DNA of 64,000 bases from Octopus sinensis (Eukaryota), in NCBI RefSeq assembly GCF_006345805.1, contig NC_043009.1, positions 46,004,001-46,068,000 of the forward strand. Reading direction: 5' to 3'. Shown one piece after another: positions 39,721 through 53,411 of this stretch. The notes below the pieces were generated by a model. The model did not search any database. It was given only the letters and a program-made list of their open reading frames with translations, and had not been told where the DNA came from. Position numbers and translations under genes: made by a program. Every line of letters starts with the position of its first letter. Within the stretch, counting starts at the first letter, position 1.

Positions 39721-40567
39721 ATAAATGGGTTTATATATGTAAATTTATATAAAGCGAGATGCCACTGAACATGAAAAGCATAAAGTATGAACATACACAC
39801 ATGGACATTATATACATATATAAGTATATCTATACTTGCAAACACACTCACTACGGCATACAAGTATATATATATATTACATGCATATCAATCTATCTAT
39901 ATGTATACATACATTTATATACATATACATATACACGCTTACATACAATCATGCATACTAATGGACATTATAGATGTATACAGATATACATACACACATG
40001 CATATAATATCTATACATATATAAAACACAGAAATGCACTTAAAATGCACACACTTGCATACATATTCATATGCAACACATAAATGCATATATATATATA
40101 TATACATACAAATATATAAACAAAGCATTGATTACATACATATATTTTAATGCACATGCATTATGAAACATTTGGTAGGATCTAAGTCGGCATATTGATT
40201 TTTACATGTGCAAATGTGCATCTGTTTCAGAAGTATTGCATGAAATATTCATATTTATTTGATACAACTGTCTGTTTTCATACAATAACTTATTCTGCAC
40301 TAGTATAAATTTCTCTTCCAGTAGCACCTGAAATAATTCACATCACCTAGACAGATTAACAGGTGCTGTTGTCTTTAACTACTTTTGCCCTGGGGTTATA
40401 TCATGAATAATAAATTACAATTGCTTATTACACTGGAGAAACTATATTTTGTTTCTTGCTTTTGTTCCACAATCATTTCTGGTCAAAACTGTTTATTGTT
40501 GTATTCTCTTTTTTAACTTTGACAGCATTAGTTATATTATATTCGATAATGAAATTTAAAGAAGTTA

Positions 40568-40584
40568 TAATAATAATAATAATA

Positions 40585-40632
<48 letters not shown>

Positions 40633-40960
40633 TGGTAGTGGTGGTGGTAGTGGTAGTGGTGGTGGTAGTGGTAGTAGTAAGTAGTAGTAGTGTGTTAGTA
40701 GTGGTAGTAGTAGTAGTAGTGGTAGTAGTAGTGGTAGTAGTAGTAGTAGCAGCAGTGGTAGTAGTAGTAGTAGTAGTATAGTAGTAGTAGTAGTAGTGTA
40801 GTGGTAGTGGTGGTGGTAGTGGTAGTAGTAGTAGTAGTAGTAGTGTGTTAGTAGTGGTAGTAGTAGTAGTAGTGTTAGTAGTGGTAGTAGTAGTAGTAGC
40901 AGCAGTGGTAGTAGTAGTAGTAATAGTAGTAGTAGTAGTAGTAGTTCTAGCAGTAGTAGT
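40568..40960. repeat. (AGT)n/(GGT)n compound microsatellite
   Basis: Direct reading; it is the source of the poly-L/T/Y ORFs. Confidence 0.95.
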
Positions 40961-41028
40961 AATATGAAACAATGATATAATAATACAAAAAAATTAATAT
41001 GCAATAAAAGTAAATATGAGTGCATACA

Positions 41029-41086
<58 letters not shown>

Positions 41087-41339
41087 CATACATACACATG
41101 CTTTATTTGTGAGTTAACAAGGCTACAAACGGTTTCATGAGAGAGGAAATTTCCCAACAATTATGAAGCTGCCTACAACATAGTAACGTTTGTGAAATGC
41201 TTGATAACTACTGAGAGATTTCTCTCTACATGAAACCAGTGGTAACCTTGTTAAAATTAATAATATTTATCGACCAATGCGGTCTTGACCACTCATACTC
41301 ACCTTTTGATATGTGTTTGTGTGTGTGTGTGTGTGTGTG

Positions 41340-42365
41340 TAGCTACTAGAATAAGAATAGGCTGGGCAAAGTTCTGAGAATCCCTACATCTGTTGGTAAT
41401 TAAAGGCCTCTCTCTCAAAGTGAAAGGTAGATTGTAAGATGCCTGTCTGTGAACAGCCATGCTAAATGGCAGTAAAACATGGGCTGTGATTGCTGAGAAC
41501 ATGCATAGGTCTGAAACAAATGAAGCTAGTATGCTTTGCTGGATTTGCAGTGTCCAGTGTGCATGTACAACAGTGCAAGCGTCTTGAGAGAAAAGTTGGG
41601 CGTAAGAGGCATCAGATGTGGTGTGCAGGAGAGACAACTGTAGTGGTATGGTCATGTGATGCATATTGATGAGGACAGCAGTGTAAAGAAGGGCTGATCT
41701 CTAAATGTGGAGGGAACCTGTGAAAGAGGTAGACCCAGGAAGACATGGGACAAGGCTATGATGCATGATCTTCGAATATTGGGCCTCACAGAGGCAATGA
41801 CAAGTGACAGAGACCTTTGGCGATATGCTGTGCTTGAGAAGATCTGTCAATCCAAGTGGAATCATAGTCATGGCTGATGCCAATGTCACATTACTGGAAC
41901 CCATGTCAGTGGCATGTGAAAAGCACCCTTCAAATGCTGGACCTCATGAAGGTGATGACAAGTGACCAAGACTGTTCCTGTCAAGCCAAGTTAAATTGTA
42001 GTCATGGCCGATGCCAGTGTTACATAAGTGGCACCCATGCAGGTGCCATGTAAAAGGCACCCTTCAAACATTGGGCCTCGTGGAGGTGATACTGTTAGTG
42101 ATATGCCTTGCATGAGAAGATTCATCAAGCCAAGTGAAATTGTAATCATGGCCAATGCTGGTGTCACATAACTGGCACCCATACCAGTGGCATGTAAAAT
42201 GCATCCATTACACTCTTGGAGTGGATGGTGTTAGGAAGGGCATCCAGCTGCAGAAACCATGCCAAATCAGACTGGAACTTGGTAGAGCTTTCCAGCTTAC
42301 CAGTTTCAGTCAAAGTGTCTAACTCATACCAACATGGAAGGCAGATGCTAAATGATGATGATCAT
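41340..42365 (+). mobile_element. RTE LINE 3' end continuing through repeated modules into a family C (GAT)n tail
   Basis: ATRIRIGWAKF...EGTCERGRPRKTW, then about three ~130-bp modules, the GGAAGGGCATCC block and (GAT)n. Confidence 0.8.
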
Positions 42366-42453
42366 CATCATTTAGCATCTGCCTTTTGTATTGTCCCCTC
42401 TATGTTCGCCCCTAGTGGGTAATAATAAAACAGATGATGATGATCATCATCAT

Positions 42454-42691
42454 CTTCTGAAGCACAGCATATCGCCAAAGGTCTCTGTCACTTGTCATTG
42501 CCTCTGTGAAGCCCAATATTCGAAGATCATGCTTCATAACCTTGTCCCATGTCTTCTTGGGTCTACCTCTTTCACAGGTTCCTTCCACACTTAGAGATCA
42601 GCACTTCTTTACACTGCTGTCCTCATCAATACGCATCATATGACCATACCACTACAGTCGTCTCTCCTGCACACCACATCTAATGCCTCTT
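42454..42691 (-). mobile_element. Inverted copy of RTE segment 41604-41841
   Basis: Reverse complement that shares unusual variants with the nearby copy. Confidence 0.85.
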
Positions 42692-43265
42692 TAAATGATA
42701 TTTAAATCCAAACTGAGGGAGTGGAACAGGTAAAATTCAGGCTACATATGTTTTTGTAGTACAGTATTCAGTGCATGACAGTTAACCAATGCTTGTAACT
42801 CCATTTACTAAACAAAAGTTTGAAACATTCATTCATGAATAAAAGACAAATTGTTTCTCTTGATATCCTGCAGTAATTATCCTTTGAAATTTGATCACAG
42901 AGTACATATATATAGAGAAACGATAATGTAGATAAGTTTTCATGTTTATCAATATGGTTTTATATATATTTCATTAATGAATATATTGGTTAAGCAATAT
43001 AATACTTTACAATTAGAATACATCATCAAATCATCAGGGATTTTTGTAACAAAACAAATTACCTTTAGTCACTTAAAATTGATTGACAAATACATGGCTT
43101 CCACTAAAATGGAGTCTCTAGAAGTGGGGCTGTTATTTTGTGCGTATGTGAGTGAGTGTGTGTGTGTTTGTGAATGTGTGTATTTATGCATATATACATA
43201 TATATATATATATATATATGCATAAGGACAGATAGATAGGTAGTTAGACAGACAGACAGACAGAC

Positions 43266-43334
<69 letters not shown>

Positions 43335-44135
43335 TTCTTTCATTTTGTGTTCCCTTTTCTAAGCAAGTAAAGTTTAGACAAATATATTATCAAGGTATTG
43401 CTTTACATCCAGATGCCTTCTTGTTGCTAACCCTTACTCATTTTCATGTAATTACATACATCATCAAAGATACAAAGTGAATGGATGGTTTATTGCTAGG
43501 AGAAATAAGAAGAAAAACACTGCAAGCAGCTCATATCTTTTGTAAAGCACAACTATAAACACACAAACAACACAGACGTGTACCCATACATGCACCCTTC
43601 TCCGCTCCTCTCCTCTCCTCTCATCATTCATTTTGTGTTTCTCCTTCCAGTCTTCAGCTAACCACTATCTTTAGTTTTTCCTTCCCAGAATGTCAACTCT
43701 GCAATTGCTTTTCTGCCTCTGTATTTTCTACAAGTGTCAACTTACAACTATTGGAACTGCAGGGAAATGCTTGGATCTCGTATTACCACTTATAAGGTTT
43801 CTTGCAAAGATTATGGGCACAGTTCTGGCTTTCTAATGAAAACCATAAAAAAAAAGAAGAAAAATAGGAAAATGGATAAATTGGTGCAGGCTGAGTCAAA
43901 TGTCCAAGCCAGAACTATAAAATGCATTATATACAATGAATTTATAATTAAAACCTATGTGTTTCAGAGTGCAGAATTTCATTTACCTGATCATTTCACA
44001 TCTAGATTATTACAAAAGTATAAAAGAATGGAGAGATATGTGGGGTGCAATTTAAGAGTTTCTTGAAAAAGTAGTAAAAGAGCATATGGTGCGGCACCTG
44101 TAGACTCAAAATGCTACCACACATCCACCTTAGAA

Positions 44136-44529
44136 TACTCTTTTACTTGTTTCAGTCATTTGACTGTGGCCATGCTGGAGCAACGCCTTTAGTCGAGCAA
44201 ATCGACCCCAGGACTTATTTTTTGTAAGCCTAGTACTTATTCTGTCGGTCTCTTTTGCCAAACTGCTAAGTGATGGGGATGTAAACACACCAGAATTGGC
44301 TGTCAAGCAATGCTAGGGGGACAAACACAGACATACAAACAAACACATACATATATATATATACATATATACGACAGGCTTCTTTCAGTTTCCGTCTACC
44401 AAATCCACTCACAAGGCATTGGTCGGCCCGGGCTATAGCAGAAGACACTTGCCGAAGATGCCATGCAGTGGGACTGAACCCGGAACCATGTGACTGGTTA
44501 GCAAGCTACTTACCACACAGCCACTCCTG
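44136..44529 (-). mobile_element. Family B SINE
   Basis: Full-length match. Confidence 0.88.
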
Positions 44530-45776
44530 TGCCTATGTAACATTTTAGATACAAAGTATTTTATATTTAAAGAGAAGGAAAAGGATAATTTGTGATGTTG
44601 ATGGTTTATCTAAAGACATTATTCCCCTGAATCACTAAATAGAGTTTGAAGTCTTCATCAGTGTCTCAACAACTCAATTACACATATCTGTTTGATCCAA
44701 GCAATTGCTAAATAATTGTTGACATCACGACAACGCTCATTATTTTGAAATTATTATACTATGCCTAAAAACTTACATATATCAACTTTCAATTGTGATT
44801 GATGGAATCCTAAGACATTCATATTTGATATGATTGACTTTGGATATTATTTGGATATTATTACCTTATAATTAAATATCATATTCTTCGACATCTGTTT
44901 ATGAAGCCACGTTGAAAATCAATTTCCTCAGGTCAAGTCTTCATATAACAGTTTTTTTTTAATACTATTAGCAATATTTATCAATGAACTCTGCACATTT
45001 TCTACATTTTCCCCATAAAATATATCGCAAAATGGTAATATTGTGTTTGAAATACAATTTCCCAGTTGTCTTCGGGACTTTTACGAACTATTAAGAAGGG
45101 TGTTTTAGAATATATTTTCCCTTTTTCCTTTTCTCTTTTTAGCTAGCTATAATAGAGGTTTAGATTTCTTCAGAGAAATTGCTTTCAATCCATGACCAAA
45201 TTTTATATGTAATATTTTGCAAACAAGAATGCTTGCAGAATCTGGGGAATTTTTCCTTTCTTTCTTTTCTTTCTTCTTTTCGTTATAACTGGATACATTT
45301 TCTAACAGGAACAATTTAGCTGTGAAATGGAAGTTTATAGCATTTTCTTTTTGGTAAATTGAGCACAGAGTAATTTAATTAGCCTAAAGATAAAAATTGA
45401 TCACAGATTAAATCTTCAAAATGCTCTATCAAGTATAACAAGAAATAATTTGTAGTTAATTATTTGGTGTTAATAACCAAGATTGCTTTTATAGTCTAAT
45501 TTCAATCATAACAGAAAATGAAAAAAAAATCACATGACTTTGGATATATATTTTGCATAAATCTCAAATTCATGCTAAATATTATAAAAAGAATTTTATT
45601 GCATAACCTAAAATTTGCAACATGTTTTTATCCTATCAGATGCACACATAAACACCACATAATTTAAATATCAAAACCAAAATATTTTATATCTGATCAG
45701 TTATTTAGGTTTTAATTATTTAAAACTACAAGTTTACTTCCCAGTCACATGGTCCACATTCAGACTCTTTGAGTGT

Positions 45777-46290
45777 TCATCATCATCATTGTTCGACCGT
45801 GGTCGAGACAATGGAATTTACCATGCTACGCCAGACTTCACGGTCCATCATGGCATTATGGAGGTCCTGTTGCCGGATGCCTGTATCCCTGGAGATTACA
45901 TCAGGGTAGGAGAGTGTGCACCCTCTGGTATTGCAAGTAGATGGCTTCCAGAGGAGAAGAGTAGAAATTACTTCTTTTTCAGCTCTACAACAATGTCCAG
46001 CAAATTGGACTCTCCTACCTTTCACAAGAGATGACACAGGTGGTAGTTTCCCATATATTTGCATTTTGGTTGGATGGCGCTTCCACGAGAGATTTTGAGC
46101 TCTCATAAGGAGGCGAGTGTAGGTTCCATCCAACCGCCTCTCAAGCTTCTTCGATAACGTCCAGGTTTCTGAGCCATATAGTAGAATTGGTTCGACTGTG
46201 GCTTTGAAGATTTCAAGTTTGAAGTCTCTACTTTGAGTGTTACCTTGTTTTCTGTTATAGTCTTGAACTGACCAAAGACATACGAGTGAA
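45777..46290 (-). mobile_element. RTE-group LINE 3' end with (TGA)n tail
   Basis: KLEIFKATVEPILLYGSETWTLSKKLERRLDGTYTRLL...RRVQFAGHC...DREVWR; the stop codon runs into (TGA)n at 45777-45788. Confidence 0.88.
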
Positions 46291-46554
46291 TTCACTTGAG
46301 AGAATCTGAAAGCAGTTCACTGAATGTGTTTGTGCATATGTATGTGCATGTGGTTCTGTGTCTCCTCGTCTTGATATGATGGGATATTTGTAAGCAAGTG
46401 TCAGCATCATGCAAGTGGTGACCTTCGTTTCAAATCAGTAGAATAATATCTAGCCGAGGGAAACAGATGCTAGAAATAACAGCTGCATCCTACTCAAATC
46501 ACACCCACACCCACACACATCCGCACATACCCACCCACACACCCACACCCACAC

Positions 46555-46598
<44 letters not shown>

Positions 46599-46679
46599 TC
46601 TCTCCTCTTTCTCTCTCTCTCCCCTCTTTCTCTCTCTATCTCTCTCTCTCTCTCTCTCTGCCAGTATATCAAAGAGAGC

Positions 46680-46862
46680 GGTATTTCGGCTGCCCTTATG
46701 TTGTGAGTTCAAATTCCGCCGTGGTCGACTCTGCCTTTCATCCTTTCGGGGTCGATAAATTAAGTACCAGTTACGCACTGCGGTCGATATAATCGACTTA
46801 ATACCTATGTCTGTCCTTGTTTGTCCCCTCTGTGTTTAGCCCTTATGGGTAATAAAGAAATA
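46680..46862 (+). mobile_element. 5'-truncated family A SINE with 17-bp TSD
   Basis: TSD AGTATATCAAAGAGAGC at 46663-46679 and 46863-46879. Confidence 0.9.
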
Positions 46863-47049
46863 AGTATATCAAAGAGAGCTATATAAGTACTATACATGAA
46901 GTACAATACATGCAGTACAAAACATGAAGTTCAATATATGAAATACAATGGATGAAGTACAATACATGAAGTACAAAAACAAAAAAGGAGGATCAAGGAT
47001 CCTTCCCAAACTGTAGATTCATAAGGTTGGCTTCCTGGATTCTAGGGCA

Positions 47050-47267
47050 TTCAAGGGGGTGCTGAAAAGTTCCTGGCAGTAAGGGTATTGTGAAGGGCCT
47101 GGTAGGGGTCCAACATTTCGAGTTCTTTTACAATGCTTAGAAAAACTGAAGGACTGCTGCAATATGTGTGTGAATCTGAGAGGAATATGTTGAGCAAAAT
47201 CATAATTAGCTGATCCTCCTGTATTTTCTTTTACCCAAAGACAGGAACTTTTCAGTACCTCCTCATA
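47050..47267. mobile_element. Mariner-type MITE
   Basis: TIRs AGGGGGTGCTGAAAAGTTCCTG (47054) and CAGGAACTTTTCAGTACCTCCT (47242-47263); TA at the right end. Confidence 0.75.
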
Positions 47268-47789
47268 TATTTTCCCACAACATGGGTTGCTGATTCATTG
47301 CAGAATTATTCATTTTTACCAACTCTGTGGGCTGCAGGGACGTGAAATGAAGTATTTTGCTCAAGAATACAACACATCACTCTGTCAAAGAATCAAAACC
47401 ACAATCTTACAATAATGACTACAACACCCTAACCACCAAGCCATGTATCTCTACATGAAGTACAATACATGGAATACAGTGCATAAACTACAATGCATGA
47501 AATACAATACAATGAACCATTTAGATTTGTGGACAACATCTTGACATTCGATTCTGTGCAAATTTTACTTTAGTCAGTTCAATAGGTTTCTTTCTTGAAC
47601 TAATTAATAACAAGTTTATCCAGTGTTCAGTACTTAATCAATGCCTTTCTCTATAATAATCTCTCTCCTTCTCACCCGTCCTCTCTCTCCCGCTTCCCCT
47701 TTCTTTCTCCCTCTCCCTCTCTCCCCCTTTCTCTCTCTTTCTGCACAGCTATAGTTTCCCCCTCTCCCAAGCAGTCAACTCCATCTGTT

Positions 47790-48290
47790 AGAGGAGTTAT
47801 TTTCTTAGTAGTTCTTTAATGCTTATTTGTAACATGTCCTATATAATTGGTTGTTTCACATACCTTATTCCTTCACACTGCTCATAAACATGCACTTGTC
47901 ATTGACTGACATTCTACCACCTTCTCCTTTTCTTCATTAGTCTAATCACAATCTCTCACTTTCTTCTCTGCTTTCATCTGTGATTTACATTTTCAGCTCA
48001 GATCAAAGTGAAGGTTAAAGTCTGAGATGTCAATTTATCATAAAGTTAATCATGTCCACCATAAATAAATCTGACCATAAATAGTGTCTGGCTGGAACAT
48101 TTCCATCTTCAGGTCATTTAAAGACTTATTTCCTTCCTTGTCTGTTATTTTTAAAACCCATGGCCAACTCTGATAGAGAAAACCAACATCCAAGCCATGA
48201 TGCTGCTTTTCCTTCTGTTTTTCCTGGGTGTATTTTAAGATCAAATCATTGAACAAGTTCTTTCATTTTTAAAGCTGTAGAATGTAATTT
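47790..48290 (-). mobile_element. Highly decayed R4/Dong-like RT fragment
   Basis: Piecewise DLFMVDMINF (compare HLLFMDDLKL) and RKGEGGR (compare RKEGGRG). Confidence 0.4.
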
Positions 48291-48374
48291 GATGGAGATT
48301 TTGCTGCTATTTCTATCATGTCACATAACAACATAAAGTGTTTTTCATTGGCTTGTCCTTATATTTAGCCTAAC

Positions 48375-48791
48375 TCTCTTTACTCTTTACTCTTTTACTC
48401 TTTTACTTGTTTCAGTCATTTGACTGCGGCCATGCTGGAGCACCGCCTTTAGTCAATCAAATCGACCCCGGAACTTATTCTTTGTAAGCCCAGTACTTAT
48501 TCTATCGGTCTCTTTTGCCGAACCGCTAAGTGGCGGGGACGTAGACACACCAGCATCGGTTGTCAAGCAATGCTAGGGGGACAAACACAGACACACAAAC
48601 ACACACATATATATATATATATACATATATACGACAGGCTTCTTTCAGTTTCCGTCTACCAAATCCACTCACAAGGCATTGGGTCGGCCCGGGGCTATAG
48701 TAGAAGACACTTGCCCAAGATGCCACGCAGTGGGACTGAACCCGCAACCATGTGGCTGGTTAGCAAGCTACTTACCACACAGCCACTCCTG
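48375..48791 (-). mobile_element. Family B SINE
   Basis: Full-length, low-divergence match with a (TACTCTTT)n tail. Confidence 0.9.
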
Positions 48792-49600
48792 TGATAGAAA
48801 AAATTAGTACTTGCTTTATGAATTCCACAAAGATGAGTAAATCCCATTAACATTTGATCTCAGAACAGAGTAAGATCGAATGGAACTAAATATTGTTAAT
48901 CATTTAGTTGAGCTCTATTTGATGTCTGAAAACTTGCTACTCTTAAATCTCAAAAAAAACATATAACAAGGAATATATGTAAGTTTGATTTATGTAGAAA
49001 ATATTCCATCCCAAATATAATCTTTGCTTAACATTCATATAACATACATAACATAGATCAAATGTAAAAAGTCTTATCCATATACCCATAATTCTTAGAG
49101 AAAATTGCATGCTGTCAAAGGTTACTTTGCCTAACTCAAACAGTTTATTTATTATCTCCCTTGTATTTATCACTCTTCTATTCGATAACAATTTTATTTT
49201 TATAATCTGAAATCCAATTTTTTTGTGTTTCTGTTTATCGTCTTTCTGTCAGCACCAATATTTTCTATTACTATCCCACTTAATATATATATTTTTCCCT
49301 TCCATGCTGAAGACACATAACTTCTTGTTGATTAAATCAAACTGTCATTTACTGTGTCATAATCTTACTTATGTTCTGAGACAAAATTAAACAAATATAT
49401 CATGTGAAATGAAAATAAATATTGGTAATTCTTGAAGTAATAATCCCTTTCTGGAATAGCTGAATGTTTTATTGCAGAAGAACCTTAGAAGAAATTTAAA
49501 GGAATGGTTTATTCTCTTCAGAGATTAATGAGAAATATTCGTATGTTTAGCAACTTAATTTTCATCTTGACTTTTATATTTATATATATGTGTGTGTGTG

Positions 49601-49646
<46 letters not shown>

Positions 49647-52093
49647 GATTCAGGTGTGGTTGTATGATAAGTAGCTTGTTTACCAATCTCATGGTCCTAG
49701 GTTCAGTCCCACTGCATGGCACCTAATAGAATAAGTACTAGGCTTACAAAGAATAAGTCCTGGGGTTGATTTGCTTGACTAAAGGTGGTGCTCCAGCATG
49801 GCCACAGTCAAATGACTGAAACAAGTAAAAGAGTAAAAGAGATAAACTTAACCTGTTTCATGACCCACATAGTATCATTTCATTTTGTACATTCACATAG
49901 ACAAAGGTATACATTGATTTCTTTAATTTTGTGGTAGAGGTTATACAGATGACTGAAATACCTGAAGTATATTACAGACAGGAACATCCAGGAAAAGAAG
50001 TTCAAAGTTAACCCTGGTGGATTTTGAAGACAGAGAATGGATTTATGTACTTTACACAATATAGTCCTGCTGAAGGCTATCTCTGCTACTATACTACTCA
50101 AGATTGTAGATACCCAGCAACATATGAAAAAAGTACCATTCAAGCATGGCCGATGCCAGTGCCACCTGACTGGTACCTGTGTTGGTAGCAAATAAAAAGC
50201 ACCATTTGGGCATGGTCGATGCTAGTGCTGCCTGATTGGCTCCCGTGCCGGTGGCAAGTAAAAAGTACCCACTATATTCTCCGAGTGATTGGTGTTAGGA
50301 AGGGCATCCAACTGTAGAAATCTTACCAAATCAGATTGGAGCCTGGTGCACTTCCCGACTTGCCAGTTCTCAGTCAAACCGTCCAACCCATGTCAACATG
50401 GAAAGTGGATGTTAAACGACGGAGATGCTGATGATGTTGATGATGGATAAAATAATAGCAGAACAAAAAGATGAACGATCAGATATTTAGATTTGCATTT
50501 ACCTATTAAGCCAATTATATTTCTATTTAATCAAATGAACAGTAAATAGCAGTTGCTCAATGTGGTTTACATGTATCTGGTGTACTAGCTTACTTTTATA
50601 GAATATCAAATCTAAACCCCTTTCTGTCTCTGTGTTCTCAGCTGAATACAATTTAAGAACATTGTAAATGCTGCCAAAGTAATTATTACTTATCTTCATG
50701 TTGTTTAAATGAATCTAATTAAGACTCCTAACAAGCTGTTGTTAATTAAAACATCTGACAATTATTACTTGAAACATTAGGCCCCTACCAATGAGTGAGG
50801 CTCTTTCTAATTAGTGCTAATAAAGTTGAAACAAGTTTTCCAATAATTACTGAGATTTATTTATTACACCTAGATGCTGCTGTCAATGCGTATTTTACAT
50901 ATTCATGTTATGAGTATTGCAGATAGCAGTCACTGAGTTTTAAGGTATGGCTGTGCATAAATGTTAGAATCATTTTACTGCCTCTCTTGAATGTTATCCA
51001 AATACTACTACAAATCGTCTGCTTGATTGCTATTAAGAAGCTTTATCAATATATTGAATCCATAATATCAAAATTTGCAGCCTGCAACAGGCTGATTTGA
51101 TAGCTTTTCAAAGCTAACACTTGACCATGAGCTGATGGTTTTGTATTCCATCTCAGTTGCTATACAGTGTTCTTATATAAGATACATTGAAACAAAGTGC
51201 ACTGATGCTCTGATAATTAATAAGTGATTCATTAGTTTGCAGAGCTGAATTTAAATAATTCTGTGTAACTGAAGAAGCAACAAGAAACCATTCAAATGTA
51301 TTTCATTTTGAAACAGTTCATGAATACAGAGTATTTGTGTTCTGACACTGTGATGGGTTGCTAAACTAAGCATCATTGATACCTTGACTACAATGATGAC
51401 GATGATGATGGCACTGATGATGGTAATGACAATAATGATGATGATGATGATGATGATAGCTCCTCCCCTACATATTTTGCCTCTTTTGATTCTTCTTCTT
51501 GTGATGATAGTGGTGGTAATGGTACTAGTATTGGTGGTGGTAGAGTAACGATTGTGATGGCTATGGCTATTTATGATTGTAGTTGTGATTGTAGTGTTGG
51601 TGATGGTAGTGATGGCAACGGCTGTGATAATAGTGGTAGAGATGGTTGTGATGGTAATGATGGTAATGGTGGTGGTGGTGATGATTATGGCAATGTAGTC
51701 ATGATAACGGTTATAGTAGTGGTAGTACTGATGGTTTTTAATGTTGGTGATGACATCCTTTTTTGTTTACTATTTAGCCCCAGGTCAATTCACATCAAAT
51801 ATAACAACAGCATTATGGCTGGGATAATCCAGTCTTTTTACCATTTTTTACTAGGCATTGTGTGTCTAGGCTTTTATAATTCAGTCTGTCCATCTCCATT
51901 TTAAGATGTAGAATATGATGATCAAAATTTGGCAACTACTTCTGGCAGATTGAGTAGCCATATGGAAATGTCTTTGTTGCTTTATTGTTGTTAGTGCAGA
52001 TGGTGGTGGTGGTGGTGATGTCGACATTGATGTTGATGATGAGGATGATGATGATAATGATGATGATGACAATGGTAGTGATGGTAGTAGATG

Positions 52094-52438
52094 TAAGCGG
52101 AAAGTGTAACCCCTCGAAAGAGCTGTTCTTCACTCCTGCTCCAGAGCGTCGGCTGTGGGGTCACTCCGAAAAGCTCTATCTGCGACGATTTCATCTCAAT
52201 CAAAGGAGAGGGGCTTTCTCCACCCGGGTTGTGGATCCGTGGAATAAGCTGCTGGATGAGATAGTGAAGATGCCGATGACCGCTCGGTTCAAAGTCTCTC
52301 TTGACCAGAAATGGCCTGAACTCTTTGCATGAACACCACCCTGTACATATCTCCATGTCCCCCTACATGGCCTGGTTTTTTGCTTTTTGAGCCAAAGAAT
52401 TAACTTAACTTAACTTAACTTAACTTAACTTAACTTAA
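52094..52438 (+). mobile_element. CR1-group LINE 3' end with (TAACT)n tail
   Basis: RLWGHSEKLYLRRFHLNQRRGAFSTRVVDPWNKLLDEIV...FKVSLDQKW*, then a short UTR and (TAACT)n. Confidence 0.88.
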
Positions 52439-53177
52439 ATCATCAAAGTTTTGGTGATTAGGACTTTTATTTAACAATTCAGATCGCTAATTTTTCAGTT
52501 TTGACTGACTAGGAGGTATGGAAAATGCACATAGAGCCATTGGGATCACAGGAAGGAAGAAAGAAAGGTAGCTGTTTGCAATATGAAAGATGCAAGCAAG
52601 AAAATGGGCCTCTGGCTGTCTGTAAGGCAAAGAGGGAAGAGCCAAACAGGAAACCAGGAAAAGAAGATGCATTGTGACTTGGACCACTACTGCTAACCCA
52701 TTAACAGTGGGGTATTATAATTCAGGGCCAAAGCACTCATTGTATCAGTCGACACTGCTTGGTGGCATCAGCTCACCCCTAGTTCACACTATATTCACTG
52801 AAGGTGAATAAAGGAGAGGCATTTTCTTTTGGATGTAATCAATGAGAAATAAAGTAAAATCACTGGAAAGGGATTCAACATATTTTGCTATCTCTGCTCA
52901 ATATTTGCATGTCTCATATCATCATCATCATCATTGCCATTTCAAGCAACTTACCACACATTCACTCTATAGGCACAGGAGTGGCTGTGTGGTAAGTAGC
53001 TTGCTTACCAACTACATGGTTCCGGGTTCATTCCCACTGCGTGGCACCTTGGGCAAGTATCTTCTACTAATATATGTATGTATATTAATGTTTGTTTTTA
53101 TGTTCAGTTATAATGAAAACAATTTTACATTAATCTGATGGCTAATTCTATACCGTTGTAGAATATAAATTTTATTA

Positions 53178-53411
53178 AAGACGGCGAGCTGGCAGAATCG
53201 TTAGCACGTCAGGTGAAATGCTTAGCAGTATTTTGTCTGCCACTACGTTCTGAGTTCAAATTCCTCCAAGGTCGACTTTGCCTTTCATCCTTTTGGAGTC
53301 AATAAATTAAGTACTAGTTACGCACTGGGGTCGATGTAATCGACTTAATCCGTTTGTCTGTCCTTGTTTGTCCCCTCTATGTTTAGTCCCCTGTGGGTAA
53401 TAAAGAAATAT
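53178..53411 (+). mobile_element. Full-length family A SINE with TSD
   Basis: TSD GAATATAAATTT at 53161 and 53412. Confidence 0.9.

Noticed and set aside
43689-44066. Possible exon or short ORF after TTCCCAG, with a hydrophobic N-terminus
   Set aside because: No recognisable homology, no clear donor site, and the length is compatible with chance in AT-rich DNA.
44610-44665. Minus-strand CTGATGAAGAC motif; also CTGATGA at 68 and 58795
   Set aside because: No stem II plus GAAA plus NUH arrangement can be formed.
48050-48256. Protein-like ORF MFNDLILKY...
   Set aside because: It is better explained as an off-frame reading of a decayed R4-type LINE fragment.
49930-50135. Protein-looking stretch VIQMTEIPEVYYRQEHPGK...
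   Set aside because: It has an internal stop, no splice signals and no family that I can name.
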